A stretch of 64,000 nt of DNA from Priapulus caudatus (Eukaryota): positions 646,354 through 710,353 of the forward strand of contig NW_014577070.1 in NCBI RefSeq assembly GCF_000485595.1, read 5' to 3'. A program made the position numbers and the translations under genes. This document shows positions 53,901-62,900 of this stretch, piece after piece. The notes under the pieces were generated by a model. That model was not told the DNA's origin and did not search any database. It was given only the letters and a program-made list of their open reading frames with translations. Positions within the stretch are counted from its first letter, which is position 1. Every line of letters begins with the position of its first letter.

Positions 53901-56900
53901 CTAACACGTGCTGTTGTTAGTTTGGTTGGAATAATAATGTTCGCACAACTGAATCGGCTACAGGTACCAATAAATATAATTGATATTCATGGGAAAAGAC
54001 TATTATTCAACTTGAATTCACCGCAGTAGAGCGTTTTGTGCACTCACGACATACATATCACGCGGTGTCACGTGTCATATCTTCTCCTTCGGCTGCAGAT
54101 ACCGCTCAGGGGCGCTGTAGTCACAGAGGTAGAGACCTCTGGTGACGAGTATCGGACGCAGTACGACGAGGAGGTGTATAGGCAGCAGCATCACAGCCAC
54201 GTGACGGAAGACCGCACGGTGCACGTCACCGAGGAGTACGAGATCGTCGTGAAGCCACAGCGCCCCCTTGCTGTCGGCGCCACGCAGGCGCACGAGCCGG
54301 CGGTGCCGCGAACGGGCTACATCACGAGCGGGTACACGACCGAGACGGCTCGCGTCGAGGAGCCGGGAGAGATGCGGCCGGCGCCGCAGAAGTACAGGCA
54401 GCAGTTGCCGCAGGCCGCCGTCAAGGCGACGACCAAGGTTCGTTCGCACGTGCGCGCGCCTCTGTGATTTGACTTGTTTTTTTTTTACGCACTTGAACGC
54501 TTTTCGTTTTTCCCGGTGAAATGTCGCGTACCTCCGGTTTTATACCTTGTTTTTGACTGCGTGAAAATTTTCTTACTTGACGGTGAAACTTCATTCAGAT
54601 TTTAATTATTTTTTTTTTATCTACGTTATCATATTTCTGGTTTACGGCAAAAACCGTATCACAAACTCTGCCAGGTCACAAGTATCTCAATTCTCAGATG
54701 CTATTGGGTTGGTTTAATATTAAATTATTAATAATTCTTCTGGTATCAAAATTTTTAACCCAATTTTATAATTTGATTGTGGTACTTACTAATGTTGGAC
54801 ATTGCTATATGAATCAATTGTAGTTGTCCCGTTTACCTGTTTCTCAATGTTTGCATAGAGATTTAAATACAAGATATGATGGTGTACGAAGTATGACTTA
54901 TGGGATACAAAATAGGAGGTATCAGACATGGGATATAAACCAAGATGATGAGATATTAAACATGGGCTTTGAGACACGACATGCGAGATATGATATACAA
55001 TATGAGATGTGATATGAGATAAGGCAGATGACACGTAAGATATGTAGGTATGATACGAGATATGAATATGAGATATAAAATATATACGATATATATACGA
55101 TACGTACATGTATGGTATACATATATGTACGATACGTATACAATGTACGAGATACGACACTCACTAGGGTACCGCGTAAAGCTGTGGGTTCAGACGCAAA
55201 TACCGGACGTTCTTCCTGTCGCCGCAGATATGATATACAATACGAGATGTGATATAAGATAAGTCAGATGACACATAAGATATGTAGGTATGATACGAGA
55301 TACAAATATACTTACAAAATTAACGTGTAAAGCTCTGTGTTCATACCGGACGTTCGTCTCATCGCTGCAGGTTCCCGACCGGGGCATCTACTCCGAGCCC
55401 GAGAGCGAGGGTGAGGAGGAGGACGTCGCCGACTATATGCACACGAGTAAGAGGAAGCGGCACTACGACGAGGAGATACACCGGGACGAGCATCACAAGG
55501 TGACGACGGAGGAGCGCGAGACGCACGTCAAGGAGGAGTACGAGATCATCATCAAGCCTCAGCCCCGCGAGGCACCGCAGCCGCAGCCCGAGGCCATCGA
55601 GGCGCCGGAGATGTACCGGCAGCCGCTGCCGCAGGCCGGCATCGTCACAGCGGGGTCGTCACCGCAGACGGCGCGCCGCATGTCCCCGGCCGAGGAGCGG
55701 CCGCCGGCGAAGAAGTTCAGACAGCCTTTACCTCAGGCCGGCGTGTTGGGACAGACCAAGGTAAGTGAGCGGTCGGTGCATGAATTGTTCGTTTTGTGGT
55801 TGTTCCTCTCCCCTTGCCCCTGCGTGCGTGCGTGCGTGCGTGCGTGTGTTAGTTAAGACTTTCATGAATTAACGTTTAACGTTGTCGTCAACCGCGAGGA
55901 GACGTAACCTCAAGTTATTTGTGCCGTGCCTTCGTTAATCTTATAGAACGTTTTTTGTTTATTTGTTAAAGAGTTCTCGTTTATTTTAGCTGTGTAATCT
56001 TTTCTGCTGGCTACTTCTTCGTGAATTTAACTATAACAATACTGAAACATTCCTAATAAGATATCTGCTGCTTTCGTGTAATATCTTTGTCATCTGTTCC
56101 ATGTTGTCTGTTCCTATTCACTTGTGTAAAATTATTTTGTATTCTTCTCTTTAGTTGTGTTCACTGCACATTCTGTTTTGTGTTTACTATTCGTTTGACC
56201 ACTCTTATCACGTAGGTCCCTCAACACGGAGTAGTATCCGAGGTTGAAAGCGACCAGGAAGATATGTACAGTGAAAATGAGAGACTAATCAGTGATTTAG
56301 AAGAAACGTTTCGCACAGAGCACCATAAGGTTTCGACGGAAGAGCACGAGAGGAGAATCAGGGAGGAGTACGAGGTGCTGGTTAGAGGCACGCCTCTCCA
56401 GCCCATCGAAGCTGCTGAGACGCGCGAACGAACCGTACCAGAACGCGGCATCGTCACCCCGGCGCGGCCAACCCACCAGCCGGAGGTCGAAGAAGTAGGC
56501 GAGCTCCACCTCGCGCCACAGAAGCACAGGCAGCAGCTGCCGCAGGCGGGCATCATGGGGAAGACGAAGGTTCCCTCGCAGGGCCACCTCTCAGAACCGG
56601 AAAGCGAACCAGAAGAGGAGTTCCTCGAGCCGGAACGTACGACAACCGTCGACGAGCTGCACCGCAGCGAACACCACAAGAAGACGTTCGAGGAACATGA
56701 GAAGAGGTTCCGCGAAGAGCTGGAGGTTGTTCACCGGCCCGCCGAACCGCACGACGCTCCCGCGCCACACAAGCAGCCCTTCCCGCAGACGGCGACTCTC
56801 GCTGCCGCCCCGACCCCGCTTGCTGCGCGAGAGGAGGAGCTCGGGGTCCTCCACCGTGTGCCGGAGAAGCACAGGCAACAGCTGCCACAGGCAGGCATCA

Positions 56901-59900
56901 TGGGAAAGACGAAGGTTCCCTCGCAGGGACACTTATCGGAACCGGAAAGCGAACCGGAAGAGGAGTTCCTCGAGCCGGAACGTACAACGACCGTCGATGA
57001 GTTGCACCGCAGCGAACACCACAAGAAGACGTTCGAGGAACACGAGAGGAGGTTCCGCGAAGAGCTGGAGGTTGTTCACCGGCCCGCCGAACCGCACGAC
57101 GCGCCCGCGCCGCACAAGCAGCCCTTCCCACAGACAGCGACGCTCGCTCCCGCCCCGACTCCGCTCGCCGCGCGAGAGGAGGAGCCCGGGGTTCTCCACC
57201 GCGCGCCGGAGAAGCAGCGGCAGCAGCTGCCGCAGGCGGGCATCATGGGGAAGACGAAGGTTCCCTCACAGGGACATCTCTCGGAACCGGAGAGCGAACC
57301 GGAGGAGGAGGACGGGCTCGAGGAGCGGAGGAGGCAGCTCGAGGAGGAACGCACGGTGCTGCATGAGGAGATACGCCACACGGAGGAGCGCAGGCGGCTC
57401 ACCGAGCAGGAGGAGCGGCTCGTCGTCACGGTGACGGAGGAGCCGGAGGAGGCGAGGGTTCGCGGCGCGCCAAGGCAGGAGACGACACTCGTCGTGAAGC
57501 CCATCCAGGAGGTGCAGCGAGAGCCGCATCCCGAGCCGCAGCCGGCACCGCAGCGCTATATGCAGCAGCTTCCGCAGGCCGGCGTCATGACGACGACGAA
57601 GACGCCGGAACGCGGCGTGACAACTGAACCGGAACTGGAGCCGGAACCGGAATCGGACCAGTTCGAGGAGTACATGGCCGACGTGATCTTCTCAGGCGAG
57701 CCGTCCGACACAGAGGAGGTGCGCCACGTGGAGGAACACAAGGTCTTCACGGAGACGCGCGACGTTCGCATGAGCGAGATATACGATACAGTGGAGGCCG
57801 TCAGAGATCAACCGGCGCCGCAGGAGCACGTTACTCAGCTCCCCCAGTCCGGCGTCCTCAAACGGGGCCAGCAGCCCCAGCAGGTCGAGCTGCAGCCAGT
57901 AGGGGAGCATCAGCCGGCGCCGCAGAGCCGGCAACAGCAGCTGCCGCAGGCTGGCATCATGGCAAAGACCCAGGTTAGGGGGATGTCAAGCGTTTTTTGC
58001 TTGGATTTGGGCGTGGCAGTGGTCGGGCTTTACGATTTTGCGATCGTGCGGAAGTGGAGGTCTTCCTTGGCATGTAAAGCTCTTTCGTAGTGCAGTTAAA
58101 GAGATAGAGATGCATTTGAGTGAAAGTTTTGCCGCTGCCACTTTTCCAAATACAGAGTACTAAAACAGCTTGGCATTCTATCTTTACAAAAGTGGCCGCT
58201 TTTAGAATTACAAACTCAGATATGTTCGAGTTTGGAGATGAACATCAGAGCAGCATGAGTGAGCGAACATCATCTATTACACATAGGATGGAATCAGCTT
58301 GCCTGCCAGTCACATTGTTAGCTTTTTTAGTATTATAGATTTTCATCACTAGTTACAGCTATTTCATCATCTTGTTACAGAGCATGTGTTAAAACTTTCA
58401 TCTACTATCTCTCTTTCTTTCTCTTCGTTTAGATTAGCATAACCATTTAGGTTCCTCTGTTACATACTTGCATGACCATGATTTGTTAATTTCCTGATCA
58501 ACAGTGACTGCTGTCTTCTTGTGTTACTATATAATTAAGGATTTTCTAAGGAACGGATAACCTTCCATCCTAAGTAAATGTGATAGCATTTCTATTTCAC
58601 CAATGGTCAGAATTATGAACTGAACACTACGTTTGGTTTACTGATTCAACCACAATACTGCAATTTCACAGACGTTTTCTCTTTCCTAATACGCTGGTTT
58701 GCCTGGCAGATATTATGAGCTGCCACTATAATAGACACTATATATATCTACCTCTATAATAGTTCCTATACGAACATCCTGTTTACTATGCGATGACTTT
58801 CAGGTGCCACAGATTGGCCACCTATCTGAGCCGGAAAGCGAACTGGAGGACATCGAAGAGATATACAGGACAGAGCACCACAAGAAGACGTTGGAGGAAC
58901 ACGAGCGGAGGATCAGGGAAGAGTACGAGGAAGTGCTGAAGCCGGCGCCGGAGCCTCTCCCCGAGCCGCAGGAAGCTCCCATCCGCAGGCAGCCTCTCCC
59001 TCAGGCCGCCGTCGTCGCGCACGCGCAGCCCGTCTCCGAGCCGGAGGTGCTCGCCCCGGGCGAGCTGCAGCCGGCGCCGCAGACCTACATGCAGCAGCTG
59101 CCTCGCGCCGGATTCGTCAGCCAGACGAAGACGCCAGAGAGGGGCTACCTCTCCGAGCCGGAGAGCGAGCCGGAGGACGAACTCACGGAGGAGGTGTACC
59201 GCAGCGAGCACCACAAGCTGACGACGGAGGAGCATGAGAGGAGGGTCAGGGAAGAGCACGAGGAAGTGCACAAGCCCGTGCCGATGGCGCCCCCTCTCGA
59301 GCGGCGCCGCTCGCTGCCGCAGGTCGCCGTCGTGCAGCGCGCTGAGCCGGAGAAGGCTGAGGTGGAGCCGCAGCCGGAGGCTCTCGCGCCACCACAGCGC
59401 CAGCGACACCCGCTGCCTCAGGCCGGCATCGTCACGAAGACGCAGATGCCGCAGCACGGCCATCTCGCCGAACCAGAGCCGGAGTCCGAACCGGAACCGG
59501 AGTACGTCGTCGAGCCGGTGACGGAGACGAGGAGGTACTTCGAGGACGTGCGCACGGAGGAGGAGCACAGGAGAGTGACGGAGGAGATCGATGTCAAGGT
59601 CACGAAGGTCGTCGAGGAGCCGCCGGCGCCCGTGTCTATCAAGCCAGCACCGGAGGTGCCGACAATAATCGCTGTGGTTGAGGTAAATGCAAGTCTAGTT
59701 GAGATATCGCGTGTCGAACGCGAAGTGTGGCAATACGAAATGTTTCGGGATAATTAAAATGTTGTGTTTTAAAATAAAATAAAAATAATATTTTTAAATA
59801 ATATAATTTTAAGTAATTTAAACTAATAATTGTAAATATTCGCATCATTTGTAAAAAAGTCGACGTTTCCTGGTCAATTTGCAGATTCCGCGAGCGCCGT

Positions 59901-62900
59901 CGCCTGGAGAACACCACCTCCCACCACAGAAACAAGTGCATCAGCTTCCGCAAGCAGGGTTTATGTCAAAGACGCAGACCTTTCAGCGCAGCGAATGGGG
60001 GGAAACGGAACCAGAGCCAGAGCCCGAGCCGGAGTACATCATTGAGGTGGCCCCGCCCAAGCCTCCGTCCGTTACCAAAAGGATCTTCGAAGATATCAGG
60101 ACGGAAGAGGAACATAAGAAGTTCACGGAAGAACATGATATAAGAGTGAGACAGGTCGTGGAAGAACCGGAACCTCTTGCCTTGCCACCGGTCCAGGTTG
60201 CGCCAGCCCCAGAGCCAGTGCGTGCACCTTCACCTGGTGAACATCACCCAGCACCACAGAAACAAGTACACCAGCTTCCACAAGCTGGCTTCATGTCAAA
60301 GACTCAGACTCCACAGAGAAGTCAATGGAAGAGCCTGAACCAGAGCTGAACCTGAACAGAACCCGAAACCATTGGTGTTAGAAATTGCAGAACGCCCTCA
60401 GCCACCGAACCGGGAACCTGTTCAACAGGTCAGAAGGATCTTTGAAGATATCAGTACGGAAGAGGAACACAAGAAGTTCACGGAGGAACACGATGTGAGA
60501 GTGAGACAGGTAGTGGAAGAGGCGGAACCTCTTGCCCTGCCACCGTGTCCACGGTTGCGCGCCAGTCCAGAGCCAGTGCCGTGCACCTTCACCTGGTGAA
60601 CATCACCAGCCGCAAGCAGAAACAAGGTCACACGAGCTTCCACAAGCTGGCTTCATGCAAAGACTCAAACACCTCAGAGAAGTCAGTGGGAAGAGCTGAA
60701 CCAGAGCCTGAAACCTGAACCAGAACCCGAACCATTGGTATTGGAGATTGCTGAGAGGCCTCAACCACGACCAGAGCCCGTTCAACAGGTGAGAAGGATC
60801 TTTGAAGATATCAGGACAGAAGAGGAACACAAGAAGTTCACAGAGAACATGATTACAGAGTGAGACAGTCGTGGAGAGAGGCAGAGGCCTGTTGCGTTTG
60901 CCAGCAGTTGAGTAGCACCAGGCACCCCACCACAAGCTCCCATCACCAGCTGAAAGCACCAAGCCCACGTAAAACAGTTAATGCAGCTACCGGCGAGCAG
61001 AATTTCCTGTCAGCAGACACAGAACCACAGCGCGGTGCTGGTCCGAACGCAGAATAGAACGCAAGAACCTGAACCAGCAACCTGGAGCCACTTGGTGTAG
61101 AATTTCAGAACGCCCCCTCAGGCACCGACCGGAACCTGTTACAACAGGTCAGACAGGATTCTATTGAAGATATAGACAATCAGAAAGAAGGAACACAAGA
61201 AGTTCACTGAGGAACATGATATAAGAGTGAGACAGGTCGTGGAAGAGCCGGAACCTGTTGCATATGCACCTATCCAGGTAGCACCAGCACCCCAACCAAG
61301 AGCTCCCTCACCAGCTGAACAGCACCAAGCCCCACGTAAGAAAGTTCATCAGCTACCGCAGGCAGGATTCATGTCACAGACACAGAAACCACAGCGCGGT
61401 GCCTGGTCCGAACCAGAAGATGAACCAGAACCTGAACCAGAACCTGAGCCATTGGTGCTAGAAATTTCAGAACGCCCTCAGCCACGACCGGAACCTGTTC
61501 AACAGGTCAGAAGGATCTTTGAAGATATCAGGACAGAAGAGGAACACAAGAAGTTCACCGAGGAACATGATATAAGAGTGAGACAGGTTGTGGAAGAGCC
61601 GGAACCTGTTGCATATGCACCTATCCAGGTAGCCCCAGCACCCCAACCAAGACCACCCTCACCAGCTGAACAACACCAAGCCCCACGTCAGAAAGTTCAT
61701 CAGCTACCGCAGGCAGGATTCATTCAAGTCACAGGACACAGAAACCACAGCGCGGTGCCTGGTCCGAACCAGAAGATGAACCAGAACCTGAACCAGAACC
61801 TGAGCCATTGGTATTGGAGATCGCTGAGAGGCCTCAGCCTAGACCAGAACCAGTTCAACAGATCAGAAGGATCTTTGAAGATATCAGGACAGAAGAGGAC
61901 ACAAGAAGTTCACTGAGGAACATGATATCCGAGTTAGAAAGGTCATTGAGGAACCCGAATCTATTGCATATGCACCTATCCAGGTAGCCCCAGCACCCCA
62001 ACCAAGAGCTCCATCACCAGCTGAACAACACCAAGCCCCACGTCAGAAAGTTCATCAGTTACCGCAGGCAGGATTCATGTCACAGACACAGAAACCTCAG
62101 CGAAGTCAATGGGAAGAGCCTGAACCAGAGCCTGAACCTGAACCAAAACCGGAACCATTGGTGTTAGAAAATTGCGGAACGCCCTCAGCCACGACCAGAA
62201 CCTGTTAAGTCGATGCCTATCACTGTTAAAAAGTTCTTTGAGGACATCCGTACCGAGGAGGAGCACAAGAAGTTCTCCGATGTCTCAGAGATAAAGGTGA
62301 CGAAGCTGTTTGAGGAAATGCCTTGGCGCACTCAGTTTGACCTTCCTCAACAGGAACCATCCGGAATCATCAATATTCCCGTAAGTAAAGATTCTTCCCC
62401 AGTCTACGTTAAGTTTTTTGACAAAATTTTCTTATGACAAAGTGATTATCTCGAAAAACTTGCTGACGCTCGATCGCATAAAAATAATGCCAACTGCTAT
62501 TTTTGTTCTTCCATTTAGATTCAGGTGACTTTCGCAGCCACCAGCACAGGCGAAGCCGCCACCCAGCAGACGCGTGCATCAACTGCCTCAGTCTGGTTTC
62601 ATGTCGAAGACGTCTGCGCTTCAGCGCGGCTACTGGTCAGAACCTGAAGAGACTTGGTGACGCCCCGCTACTACGTGGAGCATCCTCCCTCAGACTACTA
62701 CAGTGACACCGAGGTCCGCCAGTCTCCCGTCGAAAAGCGAAAGAAGATCTTCGAGACATAAGAACTGAAGAGGACACAAGAAGTTTACCGAGGAGCACGA
62801 CATTAAAAGTGCGGAAGATCTTCGAAGACGGCGCACCAGCGTGGGCACCTGTAAAGGTACGGCGCTATTTTTCAGTCCTTAATTTAAATAATTAAAAATA

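Noticed and set aside
38417..62856. Pseudogene interpretation of the frameshifted exons
   Set aside because: Indels differ between duplicate copies, affect introns equally and cluster in noisy segments, while neighbouring exons are intact; sequencing error is more likely.
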